A stretch of DNA of 64,000 nucleotides, taken from IMG/VR virus record IMGVR_UViG_3300037478_000449, positions 36,219 to 100,218 of that record; one strand, given 5' to 3'. Below, in pieces: positions 33,345-43,205 of the stretch (positions are counted from its first letter, which is position 1; every line of letters begins with the position of its first letter). A model generated the notes under the pieces. It saw only the letters and a program-made list of their open reading frames with translations, was not told the DNA's origin and made no database searches. The DNA comes from a virus. The translations under genes were made by a program, and so were the position numbers.

Positions 33345-33600
33345 ATGTTGAGTTATCTCGATGTCCCTGGTACGTGAAACGCCGCCCGGTCCCGGTGCGG
33401 GAGGGCGGCGTCTGCGCGTCGTCTGCGTTGCGCTACTCGCGCCACCGCCCGGTGGGGTTCAGCTGCTCATCGATCGCTCGGGGGTAGGAGATCCCGAATG
33501 TCGGGCACGGCCTACCGCCGCGCGGCTTGAGCCGCTGCGGTTCGGCTGAGGCGTGCCACAACATCATCGGTCTCCCTCGTTCGGGCTGGGTTCGTTGTCT

Positions 33601-33628
33601 ACTGTACGCGCAACAGTGGACGAGTCAA
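33601..33628 (-). promoter_or_regulatory. Candidate promoter for the tRNA array
   Basis: TTGACT-16-TACAGT followed by a structured leader. Confidence 0.45.
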
Positions 33629-33631
33629 CCG

Positions 33632-34015
33632 CTATTCCGGCGTTGCCGGAGCGGGACCACGTCCGCCAGCGGCTTCGTCCGCCGGCGGCGCCTCCCCGAG
33701 CTGCTGGCACCCGTCGTCGCCGCACAGCCACATCGGCCCCGCCGGCGGGTCGTCCAGGTAGAACAGGACCGGCGTGACACCGCACAGCTCGGCCAGCGCC
33801 TCCACCTGCTGCCGGGTCGGCACCAGCTCCCCCGACTCCCACAGGTCCACCGTCGGTTCCTCCACCCCGCACGCCCGGTCCACCTCCGGACCCCATAGGC
33901 CGGCCGCGTCCAGGACCATCGTGATCCTGGCCGGGTTCGGGTCGCGGCCGGCCATCAGCCGCTCGTCTCGCTGCCGGATCAGGGCGCTCTGATACCGCTG
34001 GCGGTTGGTGCTCAC
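33632..34015 (-). CDS. XRE-like HTH protein
   Basis: EVDRACGVEEPTVDLWESGELVPTRQQVEALAELCGV. Confidence 0.65.
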   Translation of the reverse strand: MSTNRQRYQSALIRQRDERLMAGRDPNPARITMVLDAAGLWGPEVDRACGVEEPTVDLWESGELVPTRQQVEALAELCGVTPVLFYLDDPPAGPMWLCGDDGCQQLGEAPPADEAAGGRGPAPATPE

Positions 34016-34972
34016 CGGCCGCTCCTGTCTGGGCAGGTCCGCACGTGGCCGGCCATCTCCCGGTGGACCTCGGCCAGCCGCCCCGGCCCCAGCGCATGCC
34101 GGCACCCGGACACCACCAGCAGCACCTCCCCCTCCGGTGACACCAGCCGGTAGGCCACACCGTCCGGCGGGGTGCACGTATCGCAGTGCCACCAGTGGGA
34201 GCTGGGAAAGTGGGCGTGGCTGCCGAGGCACCGGTCCCCGTGGGGGCACAGCACCTCGCAGCTGCACGGGTCGGTACTCACCGGCCGCTGCCCTCATCCG
34301 CGTCCTGGCACTGCTGCGGATGCGCATCGGCGTAGATGAACGCGGTGCTGAGGCCCATGACGAACACGGTGAAGACCAGAACGACCCCCGTGGCCACGTG
34401 GGCAGCGCGCCAAAGGCCGGTCGCGGACGCGTCGGCGCTGAAGCCGAACCCGACCAACAGGCCCGTGGCCAGCAGCACGGTGATGACTATCCAGTCCATT
34501 TAGCCCCCACTCCCCTCCGGCGGCAGCAGCCCGTGCTCCCGCAGCTGCGCCGTGATGTCCGCCTCGGTGCGCCCGTACACCACGATCACCTTGCCGGCGT
34601 AGCCGAGCTGGTCGCCGTCGAACGCGATCGGCTCACCGGCCGCGAGCCGCGCAACGTTCTCTCCGGACAGCCCGAGCAGCATGAACGGCCGGCCGCCGAG
34701 CTCCCCCGCTGCCCTGATCACCGCCCGCTCCCCTCGTCCCTCCACGGCACCAGCCGCTCCCGACGCTGGCCTGGGGCAAGCTGGACCAGCCCGTACCCGG
34801 CATCGGCCAAGTGGTCAGCCAGGAACGCGGCCACGTCCCGGGCCGCCCACGGCTCCACGGCCACCACCCCGGGGGGGTCGGGGACAGTAACACCGGCTGG
34901 TAGGTGGCAGGCGAGGGTAGCCACGGTGGAGTCGGCGTCGAGTAGGCCCTCGGGGGTGGTCGGTGTGGTCAT
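34012..34972 (-). CDS. Four small coupled hypothetical genes (34012-34281, 34278-34499 membrane, 34500-34745, 34718-34972)
   Basis: Overlapping start/stop chain. Confidence 0.5.
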
Positions 34973-34990
34973 GGCTCACTCCGATCAAGA

Positions 34991-35227
34991 TCAACGGTGT
35001 AGCAGGTGGTCGACCGCGCCCCGGGTCACCCCGATCGCCCGGGCGTAGTCAGCCGGCCGGATGCCGCTGGCCATCGCGTCGCGGGCGGCTTGCCGGCGGG
35101 CGGCACTGAGCGCGGGCTTGAACTCCGCCAGCAGATCCTTGGCCAGCCGGTCGCGGCGTACCGGGTCACGGGTACGGCGGAGCAGCCCCAGCTTCGTGGC
35201 GAGCTCCGCCAACGGGTCGGCGGCCAT
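34991..35227 (-). CDS. Small HTH regulator
   Basis: ARDAMASGIRPADYARAIGVTRGAVDHLL. Confidence 0.7.
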   Translation of the reverse strand: MAADPLAELATKLGLLRRTRDPVRRDRLAKDLLAEFKPALSAARRQAARDAMASGIRPADYARAIGVTRGAVDHLLHR

Positions 35228-35229
35228 GG

Positions 35230-35330
35230 CGCAAGTCTAGGCCACCCTAGCGTCTAGGGCAACCTATGTGACTTACGCCACATCGTCTAGTCTAGGCTTG
35301 ACGTCTAGGGCAGGCTGGACTATAGTTAAG
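35230..35330 (+). promoter_or_regulatory. Strong sigma70-type promoter with repeated GTCTAGG boxes
   Basis: TTGACG(35298)-17-TATAGT(35321); TCTAG/GTCTAGG repeated about 5 times. Confidence 0.7.
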
Positions 35331-35596
35331 GCATAAGCAAGAGGGAAGTTGAAAACTCCAGACAGATCCCAGGCCAGGATGAGAACAGCGGCCACCGCGG
35401 GTAGAACCGCCCGGGATGAATGAGGAACCTGCGTCCTCATGGCTGGCGCGGCTGACCCGTCATGCGGCGATGTGCTCCCCGGACTGGCTCACGGGAACCG
35501 GGGATAGGCCGAAGTCGCCCCCCATCAGAGCCCTACACCCGCGCCAGCCATGAGGACAGCAGGTCCCCCACACCCACCCCACTGAACGGAGGTCCC

Positions 35597-35791
35597 ATGG
35601 ACCAAGCCCTGATCGCCCGGCAGCGTGATGAGACGCTGGCCAGCCTCACCGACCACTACGCCGACGCCACCCGGCGCGGCGACCACGACCGGGCCGACCA
35701 ACTCGCCGACGCCTACCGCCGGATCAGCGGGCAGGAACCGCCCCGCTTCTACTGGTCCGACCGGCTGGGATGGGTCACCATCCCGGACTGA
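35597..35791 (+). CDS. Hypothetical protein
   Basis: GGAGG RBS, MDQALIARQ. Confidence 0.55.
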   Translation: MDQALIARQRDETLASLTDHYADATRRGDHDRADQLADAYRRISGQEPPRFYWSDRLGWVTIPD

Positions 35792-35878
35792 CCACACAGA
35801 CGCCCCGGCCGGGTGTGACACCGCCTCCGCCCGGCCGGGTGCACCAGCCCAGCAACGAGAGGAAGGAGGTGGGCACCG

Positions 35879-36274
35879 GTGGATGTGACGAAGCTGGAAG
35901 CGCCGGACTGGTGCCTATCCTGCCTTGGCGACGGCCCGCTACGCCCGTGGCCGCTGCCCGATGAGTGGGGCGACACCGGCGAGCTGGTGTGCGGGCCGTG
36001 TTGGCTGCGGCGGGTCCGCGGCGAGGTCACCTGCCAGCTGCTCGGCGGGGAGCTGGTGGTGTGGTCCAGCCACCCGCAGCGGGGGCAGACCCTGCGTGGT
36101 GCTATCCGCGCGGTGGGCATCGTGCCGGGCGGGTTGCAGCCGGCGGTGCGGTGGCAGATCACCGGGCCACGGCAGGACCAGCCGCTCGGCGAGCACGTGG
36201 GCGACTACGCCGACGCGCAGGCGCGGCTCCTGGCTGCCACCGCAGACCGGGACCAGATCGCCAAGCCGTGCTAG
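35879..36274 (+). CDS. Hypothetical Zn-binding protein
   Basis: CLSC...CGPC. Confidence 0.55.
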   Translation: MDVTKLEAPDWCLSCLGDGPLRPWPLPDEWGDTGELVCGPCWLRRVRGEVTCQLLGGELVVWSSHPQRGQTLRGAIRAVGIVPGGLQPAVRWQITGPRQDQPLGEHVGDYADAQARLLAATADRDQIAKPC

Positions 36275-36307
36275 ACCGACTGACACGAAACGGAAGGACC
36301 AACTGAC

Positions 36308-36742
36308 ATGATCTTGCACCGTAGTACCGGCTACTGGACTACCGGCATCGTGGCCCGCTGGCGCGCCCACTCCGGTTCCATCCACGGTGTGCCGCACGGC
36401 GGCTGGGCCGCCAAGCTCGACTTCTTCGACGACGGGTTCACCGACGATGACCCTGACGCCGGGCAGGTGTCCACCGAGGGCACGCTGAGGACCCGGTACG
36501 CCGTCCGTGACGGGGACAAGGTGGGCGGTCTCCGGGCGGCTGTAGACGCGCTGGTGGCAGACGCGCAGCGTCTGGGGATCCGGCTCGGCGGCCCGACGAT
36601 CGGGCCGTGCCTGTACTACGAAGGCGACGGTGAGGACCCCGCTAACCCGCCACCGCCGGGGTGGCAGGAGTTGCTGGCGGCCGAGGCCGCCCGGATCGGC
36701 TGGTCCAGCTACGAGAACAACGAGCAGGAAGGGAGGCGCTGA
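36308..36742 (+). CDS. Hypothetical protein
   Basis: GGAAGG RBS, ATG. Confidence 0.6.
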   Translation: MILHRSTGYWTTGIVARWRAHSGSIHGVPHGGWAAKLDFFDDGFTDDDPDAGQVSTEGTLRTRYAVRDGDKVGGLRAAVDALVADAQRLGIRLGGPTIGPCLYYEGDGEDPANPPPPGWQELLAAEAARIGWSSYENNEQEGRR

Positions 36743-36918
36743 GCCATGGCGCAGAACGACAAGGTGCAACAGCTCATCGACAGCCGCGAGCTGGTGTCCA
36801 TCGCCGACTACGCGCAGCGCATGGCCGATGAACCGTTCCCCGCCGTTAGCCTCCGCCTCGTCGCGGACTTGATCCGCAAAGCCGTCGGAGAACCCGCGCC
36901 TGGAAAGGACCAGCAGTC

Positions 36919-37227
36919 GTGATCGATGAACGAATGATCGCTCCGGTCAGCCCTGAGCACCCGAGCGAGCCTCATGCCGACCCAGCCGTACAGGCCCTCA
37001 TCGACGACGGGTGGCTGGAGGAGGTAGGCCACCCCTGCACAGTGGGCGAGCTGGAACACGCGGTGTCCATCGTCCGCGATGTCGACGCGCGGCTGCGGGA
37101 GCTGGCCGAGTGGCTGGTGTCCCTCGACGGGCACCCGCTGCTGGTTGACCGGCCAACGCCCGGCGACATGCGGGCAATCATCCGGCGCGCCCAGGAGGCG
37201 CTGGGCCAGACCGAGGGGCCGTCGTGA
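36919..37227 (+). CDS. Hypothetical protein
   Basis: Coupled ORF. Confidence 0.5.
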   Translation: MIDERMIAPVSPEHPSEPHADPAVQALIDDGWLEEVGHPCTVGELEHAVSIVRDVDARLRELAEWLVSLDGHPLLVDRPTPGDMRAIIRRAQEALGQTEGPS

Positions 37228-37667
37228 GCGCGTCGATCGCCGGCCCCGCTCCACAGCCGTGCACGTCCTGCCCGTACCGGCGGGACGTGCCGTCCGGGGT
37301 CTGGCACCCAGGCGAGTACCGCAAGTTGGTCGCGTACGACCGGGACACCATGGACCAGCCGGCGCAGGTGTTCCTGTGCCACCAGAACGAGCGCGACTCG
37401 GGCCGGTCTCGGGTGTGCGCCGGTTGGGCGGGCTGCCACGACGGCCCGCACCTGCTGGCACTGCGGTTCGCCGCAGTCACCGGCAGCATGGCCACGCCGG
37501 CGATCGACGCGACGATGGACTACCGCTCGCCGGTGCCGCTGTTCGGCTCCGGTGCCGAGGCAGCCAGGCACGGCATGGCTGAGATCGAGCGCCCGGGTGA
37601 CCGGGCGGTAGCGACCATGAGCAAGATCGCGCGGCGGCGCCATGACCTGATCATTGAGGAGGGCTGA
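37224..37667 (+). CDS. DUF6283-like protein
   Basis: PCTSCPYRRDVPSGVW...FLCH...CAGWAGCH. Confidence 0.7.
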   Translation: MSASIAGPAPQPCTSCPYRRDVPSGVWHPGEYRKLVAYDRDTMDQPAQVFLCHQNERDSGRSRVCAGWAGCHDGPHLLALRFAAVTGSMATPAIDATMDYRSPVPLFGSGAEAARHGMAEIERPGDRAVATMSKIARRRHDLIIEEG

Positions 37668-37670
37668 GAC

Positions 37671-37937
37671 GTGGCGAACTACCCGCCGACGCTGGTCCGG
37701 CGCGGCTTCGAGCAGGAGGTCCGCAACGAGCGGGATCACTACGTGCGGGCCATCCAGGAGGTCGCCGACCAGCTGGCCCGGGTGCAGACGCGGCTGGCCA
37801 ATGGCGGCCTGCCGATACTGTCGGACCTGCGGCGGCTCGTGACCGCAGCGGCGGAGGCGCACCAGCGTGCCGCCGCGTGGGCGGCACTGGACCGGGTGGC
37901 GTTCATGCTGCCCGGCGACGCACAGGAGGAGGGCTGA
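37671..37937 (+). CDS. Hypothetical helical protein
   Basis: GAGGAGG RBS. Confidence 0.55.
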   Translation: MANYPPTLVRRGFEQEVRNERDHYVRAIQEVADQLARVQTRLANGGLPILSDLRRLVTAAAEAHQRAAAWAALDRVAFMLPGDAQEEG

Positions 37938-38009
37938 GCCGGGTGGCCCGTTGCGCAACGATCAACCTGAGTAGCAGGGTTGACGGACTCTGTGTAGCCG
38001 GCTACCCTG

Positions 38010-38231
38010 GTGGGTATGGATGAGCTGATGCGGGAGGTGCGCGCGGCCACCCGCGCGCGGGCGCGGACCAGGCAGGCAGACGAGGCGGCGGCGGTGCGGC
38101 TGGCGGCGGCGGTGCGCGCGGCGATGGCCGGGAAGGTGCCGGTGCCGGACCTGGTCAAGATCACCGGACTGAGCCGTGAGCGGCTGTACCAGCTCAAGGC
38201 GGGTCGCCGTACCCTCGCGAAAGAATCTTGA
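38010..38231 (+). CDS. Small HTH regulator
   Basis: VPVPDLVKITGLSRERLYQL; own promoter upstream. Confidence 0.7.
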   Translation: MGMDELMREVRAATRARARTRQADEAAAVRLAAAVRAAMAGKVPVPDLVKITGLSRERLYQLKAGRRTLAKES

Positions 38232-38284
38232 AGAAACTGTGTAGCAGACTTGACGATGCTGGTGTAGCGCGCTACACTTAAGGC

Positions 38285-38476
38285 ATGACGAGGACGAAGG
38301 AATTCGCAGAAGCCACCAAGGTCAACCAGATCATCGCCCCCTGGCTCCCGGTCAACCCCGAGCGGATGATCTGGACGGTCACCCTGGCCGGCGGCACCGA
38401 GATCACGATCTGCTGCCCCCTCGGGGCGGCGGTGGATGTCGAGGAGGCCGGCCACCTGATCCGGGCGCAGGGGTAA
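38285..38476 (+). CDS. Small leaderless hypothetical protein
   Basis: TTGACG...TACACT-6nt-ATG. Confidence 0.55.
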   Translation: MTRTKEFAEATKVNQIIAPWLPVNPERMIWTVTLAGGTEITICCPLGAAVDVEEAGHLIRAQG

Positions 38477-38548
38477 CCAGCCCGGTCGGGGGCTCCGGAG
38501 CCCCCGACCGGCGACCACACCGACGCCCGCCAGAGCACCACCGAAGGA

Positions 38549-39073
38549 GTGATCTTGATGAGCACCAACCAGCCGACCGCCGACTACGGCACCTTGACCG
38601 ACTACACCACCGGCGTGGCGATCCGCCCGGCCACCGCTGCCGAGCACGCCCAGTCGCTGGCGGCCGGAGAGACCGGCGCGTACGCCGACCCCGAGCTGGG
38701 AACCGTGTTCGTCGCCGGAGGACCCGAAACGGCCACCACCACCCGCACCCTGGCCGTGCGTATCGACACGGTCCGCACAGACCGGAAGACCGGCGAGATC
38801 ATCTCCACCTGGTCCCCCCACCTCACCTACCCCTGCACCGCGGACACCGCGACGCAGCAGGCAGCCGATGTGTTGCGCACCCACCACACCAGGGAGGCGC
38901 AGCCGGACGGCACATGGCGGAACCAGCCCGCTCCGGCGCGGGGCGATGGCACTGTCCTCGACAGCATCGACTGGAGAGAGACCGCCACGCTGGTCGGGGA
39001 CTGGACCGACGCCGAGCGCGACGAGATCCGCCGCATCGTGGACAGGGACCGGCACCTGCCCGGCGGCGGCTGA
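38549..39073 (+). CDS. Hypothetical protein
   Basis: GAAGGAG RBS. Confidence 0.6.
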   Translation: MILMSTNQPTADYGTLTDYTTGVAIRPATAAEHAQSLAAGETGAYADPELGTVFVAGGPETATTTRTLAVRIDTVRTDRKTGEIISTWSPHLTYPCTADTATQQAADVLRTHHTREAQPDGTWRNQPAPARGDGTVLDSIDWRETATLVGDWTDAERDEIRRIVDRDRHLPGGG

Positions 39074-39168
39074 GCCTGAAGACGCTGCCCGGCCCTAACC
39101 GCCCCACCCGGGGCGGCGGGGGCCGAGTGGTGGAGCAGACCCACCACCCGACCAGAGAGCAGGATCCC

Positions 39169-39636
39169 ATGACCTACCCACTCACACCCACAGCACCCAC
39201 CATGCCCGGCGCACCCATCCAGCCGGTACGGCCGGTACGGAACCGGCCACCCGCGTGGCTGGTGGTCAGCTTCACCGGCCTGGCCAGCCTGCTCATCGGG
39301 ATTGGCATCGGCGGCAGCGGCGACGCCACCGCGCCCGCGGCCACCAGCCCGGCGCCGCCGACCGGCGTCACCGTCCCCGCCGCGTGCCTGGACGCGTTGG
39401 ACGACGCTGAGGAGCTGATGGCGATCACCAGCGAGTTCGCCGGCATCGTCGAGGACCTGCCGATGATGGTCTACGAGGCGGCCCAGGCCGGCGCGTCGTT
39501 CGACACCGCGGCGATCGATGGGCTGACCGTCCGGCTTGAGGAGATCACGGTGGAGGTGGAGGGGCTGACCGCGCGGGTCAGTTCGTCCGGGTACCGCGAC
39601 CAGGCGGCCCAGTGCCGCGACGCGGCCGGCGAGTAA
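39169..39636 (+). CDS. Single-pass membrane protein
   Basis: TM WLVVSFTGLASLLIGIGIGG; paired Cys in ectodomain. Confidence 0.6.
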   Translation: MTYPLTPTAPTMPGAPIQPVRPVRNRPPAWLVVSFTGLASLLIGIGIGGSGDATAPAATSPAPPTGVTVPAACLDALDDAEELMAITSEFAGIVEDLPMMVYEAAQAGASFDTAAIDGLTVRLEEITVEVEGLTARVSSSGYRDQAAQCRDAAGE

Positions 39637-39675
39637 CCCGAACCGGCCCCGACCCACCCGACCAGAGGAGCAGAC

Positions 39676-39921
39676 ATGATCATGATCACGATCAGCGGAT
39701 ACAACCCGGACGGCGGCTACGCGATGGACCCGCCGGACCAGCCGTGGTTCACCCCCGCACCGGCGGCACCAGCCGGCGGGACGCCTGAGGACCGGGCAGC
39801 CCACCGGTACATGCAGCAACGCCAGGGCGACCTGGCGCACCGGCACGAGTACGAGATGTGGGCGCGTCGGCACGGCCATCTGCAGGGCATCACCCGCGGG
39901 TGTCCGTGCGGGTGCGACTAG
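39676..39921 (+). CDS. Hypothetical protein
   Basis: GAGGAG RBS; followed by hairpin GGAGCCCTCCCGG/CCGGGAGGGCTCC. Confidence 0.5.
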   Translation: MIMITISGYNPDGGYAMDPPDQPWFTPAPAAPAGGTPEDRAAHRYMQQRQGDLAHRHEYEMWARRHGHLQGITRGCPCGCD

Positions 39922-40094
39922 GGCACACGGAGGGGAGCCCTCCCGGGCCACCAAGTCCGGGAGGGCTCCCACTCACCCACCACCCGCCGCGCTGCACTGT
40001 CTGGGTCCGGCTGGCCGGGTGGCGGGGCTGGTTCACCCGTTCGGATGAGTGTACGGCGCTAGACATACTCCGCACGGCGCTATACACTAGTGTC

Positions 40095-40343
40095 ATGAGG
40101 ACAACTGAGACCCCGACCCAGACCTTCCTCGGCGACATCGCCGCCATCACCTACGACGCCGCCGACCTTGGTGGCAGCCGCGCCCAGCGGGCGCTCCAGC
40201 AGATCGCCGACGCACTGGCCGAGCGGCGCATCTCCGCCGTCAGCTCCGTCGACCCGGCCCAGGTCGCGTTGACCGACGAGCAGTGGACCAAGATCGTCCG
40301 CCGCGCCCGGTCGATGGCCTCCGGCCCGTCGAGCCAGTGGTGA
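40095..40343 (+). CDS. Leaderless hypothetical protein
   Basis: TAGACA...TACACT-6nt-ATG. Confidence 0.55.
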   Translation: MRTTETPTQTFLGDIAAITYDAADLGGSRAQRALQQIADALAERRISAVSSVDPAQVALTDEQWTKIVRRARSMASGPSSQW

Positions 40344-40348
40344 GCACG

Positions 40349-40813
40349 ATGCGTACCGCCGACACCCCGACCTACCGGACCGCCGAGCAGATCGAGGCCA
40401 GCCTGGCAGCGGCTGTCGAGGCGGTGCGGGACTACCTGGGCACCGACCGGGAGGTGCCCGCGTCCTACGCTGCGGGCGACCGTGCCCGGCGGGCGGTGGA
40501 CATCGCCATCTGCGTTGACGGGATCACGCCGGCGCTGATCGCCGCCCGCGTCGGGGTGCGGCAGCTCGTCGTGGCCGAGCTGGTCGCCGACCCCCGGCAC
40601 CGGGCCGCCGCGCTGGCCGCCGCCCGGCATGACGCGGAGCGGTACACCGGCCGGGTGATGGCCGCGATGCAAGCCGAAGCCCGGTGGCGGTGGGAGACCG
40701 CGGGGGGCGGGCGTGGGGTCAAGACCCACATCGCCGCTGACCTGAAGATCACCCGGGGGACGTTGGACGCCTGGCTGGCCGGAGAGGAGAAGCACGATGA
40801 CCATGCTGTTTGA
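40349..40813 (+). CDS. Protein with C-terminal HTH
   Basis: GVKTHIAADLKITRGTLDAWL. Confidence 0.6.
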   Translation: MRTADTPTYRTAEQIEASLAAAVEAVRDYLGTDREVPASYAAGDRARRAVDIAICVDGITPALIAARVGVRQLVVAELVADPRHRAAALAAARHDAERYTGRVMAAMQAEARWRWETAGGGRGVKTHIAADLKITRGTLDAWLAGEEKHDDHAV

Positions 40814-41165
40814 GCAGGTGATCGCCTACGCCCGTGAGCAGTACGGGCCAACCGCCGCCAGCTTCGACCACGACTACGGCGCCGGACTGGACGGCGCGGA
40901 GCAGTGGCTGACCAACGCCCTTTGGCACCACGCCGGTGCCGACCACGCACCGAACCCGGTCCAGGCCCGGCTGCGGGTCGCCGCGCTCCGCGGGCGGTTG
41001 GCGCCCGAGTTGGAGGCGTTCCGGCAGCAGTGCCGGACCCGCCGGTACGTCGGCTGGTCCCGCTGGACCACCGGCCCGGTCCGGTACGCCGAGGAGGCCG
41101 AGGCCACCCGCGGTGAGCGTGAGGTCCAGGTGGTGCAGGTGACGGACCCGCCCGACGTGGACTGA
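40797..41165 (+). CDS. Hypothetical protein
   Basis: GAGGAG RBS, coupled. Confidence 0.5.
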   Translation: MTMLFEQVIAYAREQYGPTAASFDHDYGAGLDGAEQWLTNALWHHAGADHAPNPVQARLRVAALRGRLAPELEAFRQQCRTRRYVGWSRWTTGPVRYAEEAEATRGEREVQVVQVTDPPDVD

Positions 41166-41265
41166 TCCCCGCAGTCCCATGCCGGTGCGGCGCTGGTCGG
41201 GAGGGGGGCGATTCACCCGTTCGGAGGCCCTTGACGAGCGCCCTTCATTGTGTCACACTTGGTTC

Positions 41266-41736
41266 ATGACGCAGACCGCGAACCTCCTCCAAGGGGGCCT
41301 GGTGCTCTCCGCCACCATCGACCACGGCCAGGTAGTGATCTTCGACCTTCCTGCCCGCCGCGCCGGCCTGCCCGGCACCGTCACCGCCGAGCAGGCAGCC
41401 ACCATGACCGACCAGGACTGGCGGCGGTTGGCCCGCTCCCGCCGGCAGGCGCTGCGCCGCCGGCAGCGCCGGGCAGGCATGACCCCGTCGCGGCGTCGCA
41501 CCGGCGACCAGCTCATGTCGCCGGAGTTGCGGCGTCGCACCGGCGACTGGCGCGGCGAGCACGTCGACGTGTTCGTTGGTGGCCACTTTGTCGCCAGCTA
41601 CGAGCTGCCGGCACTGCCGTGGGGTGCGACGCTCCGGGAGCGGGTCCTGGCCGCCAAGGCGCTGCCGATCGACTTCACGCCCCAGCGCGTGGTCCCCACG
41701 CGCCGGACGGGCGAGTCTCGGATCCTCCTGGGATGA
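41266..41736 (+). CDS. Leaderless hypothetical protein
   Basis: TTGACG-17-CACACT-6nt-ATG; internal duplication RRRTGD. Confidence 0.55.
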   Translation: MTQTANLLQGGLVLSATIDHGQVVIFDLPARRAGLPGTVTAEQAATMTDQDWRRLARSRRQALRRRQRRAGMTPSRRRTGDQLMSPELRRRTGDWRGEHVDVFVGGHFVASYELPALPWGATLRERVLAAKALPIDFTPQRVVPTRRTGESRILLG

Positions 41737-42062
41737 GCGACCCGGCCACCGTGCGACGCTGGCTCCGGCGCTACCGCGCCGGGGTCAGCTTCCGCGCGAT
41801 CGCGCAAGAGGCGGGCGTTTCCGACGCCACCGTCCGCCGGGCGCTGGCGGGCCAGGTGGAGTCCAGGCTGCCGGGGCCGAAGCCCCGGCCGAAGCCGACC
41901 ACCGCCCGAGTGGTGGCAGCCTACGAGCAGCTCGCGTCGATCCGGGCCGTCGAGGCCGAGCTCGGTGTGTCTGAGACCTACGTGCGCGCCCGGCTGCACG
42001 AGGCTGGCGTGATCGAACGCCATCCCGACCAGCGGCCCCGGAAGCGACAGGCATCACCGTAG
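41733..42062 (+). CDS. Tandem HTH protein
   Basis: YRAGVSFRAIAQEAGVSDATVRR; SIRAVEAELGVSETYVR. Confidence 0.7.
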   Translation: MSDPATVRRWLRRYRAGVSFRAIAQEAGVSDATVRRALAGQVESRLPGPKPRPKPTTARVVAAYEQLASIRAVEAELGVSETYVRARLHEAGVIERHPDQRPRKRQASP

Positions 42063-42157
42063 CCGCCGCGGCCGGCGCCCCCCTGCCCTTGTCCGGTCAC
42101 CCGGGCGGGGCAGGACCGTCCCCGGGGACTTGCCCGTAGTGTCTTACACTTAGCGGC

Positions 42158-42346
42158 GTGCCTCGACCAGGACCCCGCCGCCCCACGATGACCATGCGCC
42201 TGTCCGGCGCCGGTCTCGCCTGGATCGACCAACGCGCCCTCGCCGAAGGACTGACCATCCGTGGCGGGGAGCCGAACCGGTCCGAGTTGGTACGGCTGGC
42301 GCTGGCGTACGCCTCCGCCCACATGCCGAAGGGATGGCGACCGTGA
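42158..42346 (+). CDS. Ribbon-helix-helix protein
   Basis: TMTMRLS...IDQRA...NRSELVRLAL; leaderless. Confidence 0.7.
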   Translation: MPRPGPRRPTMTMRLSGAGLAWIDQRALAEGLTIRGGEPNRSELVRLALAYASAHMPKGWRP

Positions 42347-43005
42347 ACGGATGGCCTGCTGCCACCAATGACGCACTCGATCAGGCTGCGCGGGAGGTGA
42401 TCCACCGGGCGGAGCGGGCCGGCGTAACTGGCGCACATCGAGTCATAGATGCCTACAGACGGGCCACCTTGGCTGGACTCGCCTGCCTCGCGATGGGCGC
42501 CCTCGGCGTTGTCGGTGCACTCATGGTGCAGCGCTCCCCTGGGGTCCTGGCAGCTGGCGCCATGATGGCCACCGTCGGCCTGGCTGTCGCGCTGACCTCT
42601 CTCGGCGCTTCAACTGGCTATCGCGAAGCCAGCGCCGACGTAGTCCGGGTGATCAACAAACGACACCGTGAAGCCGCAGAGTTAGTCGGGTGGACCGGAC
42701 TTCCTGTCGCGCCAGCCGGATGGGGCTATCTCTACGTTCTTCAGTTTGGCAGCGGAACCATCAAAGTCGGGAGAACCGCTGACCCCGGCGATCGACTCCG
42801 CGGGCACCGGAGTCGATCGCGGGCCTACGGCGTAGTGATTGCCCGTGCCTGGATCTCCACTGCGCACCCAGATCACGAGGCCACCGAGGCCGACCTGATC
42901 AACTACGCGGTGCGGAAGTCAGCCGGCCGCGTACGGCGAGAGTTCTTCTACGGTGCCGACTTCGACGCGCTCGTGAGCTTCGCGACCGATCTTGCCAGGA
43001 CCTAG
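42334..43005 (+). CDS. Two-TM protein fused to GIY-YIG/T5orf172 domain
   Basis: TM pair then GYLYVLQF...IKVGRT...RL..H...REFF. Confidence 0.65.
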   Translation: MATVNGWPAATNDALDQAAREVIHRAERAGVTGAHRVIDAYRRATLAGLACLAMGALGVVGALMVQRSPGVLAAGAMMATVGLAVALTSLGASTGYREASADVVRVINKRHREAAELVGWTGLPVAPAGWGYLYVLQFGSGTIKVGRTADPGDRLRGHRSRSRAYGVVIARAWISTAHPDHEATEADLINYAVRKSAGRVRREFFYGADFDALVSFATDLART

Positions 43006-43205
43006 CCGCCGCTGTTGCCTGGCTCGGTCGGGTACATCTCGGCGTACAGCCGTTGCACTGAGGCGGCCGACACCCGCCGGTGACCGCCGGGGGTCCGGCC
43101 TGCGGTCAGGTCTCCAGACTCGATCCAGCGGCGCACGGTCTCGACGCTGACCCGCAACCGGTCGGCTGTCTCGCCGACTGTCAGCCACGTGCCGTCGCCT
43201 ACCAC
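43002..43205 (-). CDS. Excisionase/MerR-like HTH (start uncertain)
   Basis: WLTVGETADRLRVSVETVRRWIESGDL..RTPGGHRRV. Confidence 0.7.
   Translation of the reverse strand: MVGDGTWLTVGETADRLRVSVETVRRWIESGDLTAGRTPGGHRRVSAASVQRLYAEMYPTEPGNSGG

Noticed and set aside
29231-33377. Many ORFs over the tRNA region
   Set aside because: They overlap clear tRNA cloverleaves; only the HNH at 31700-32152 is credible.
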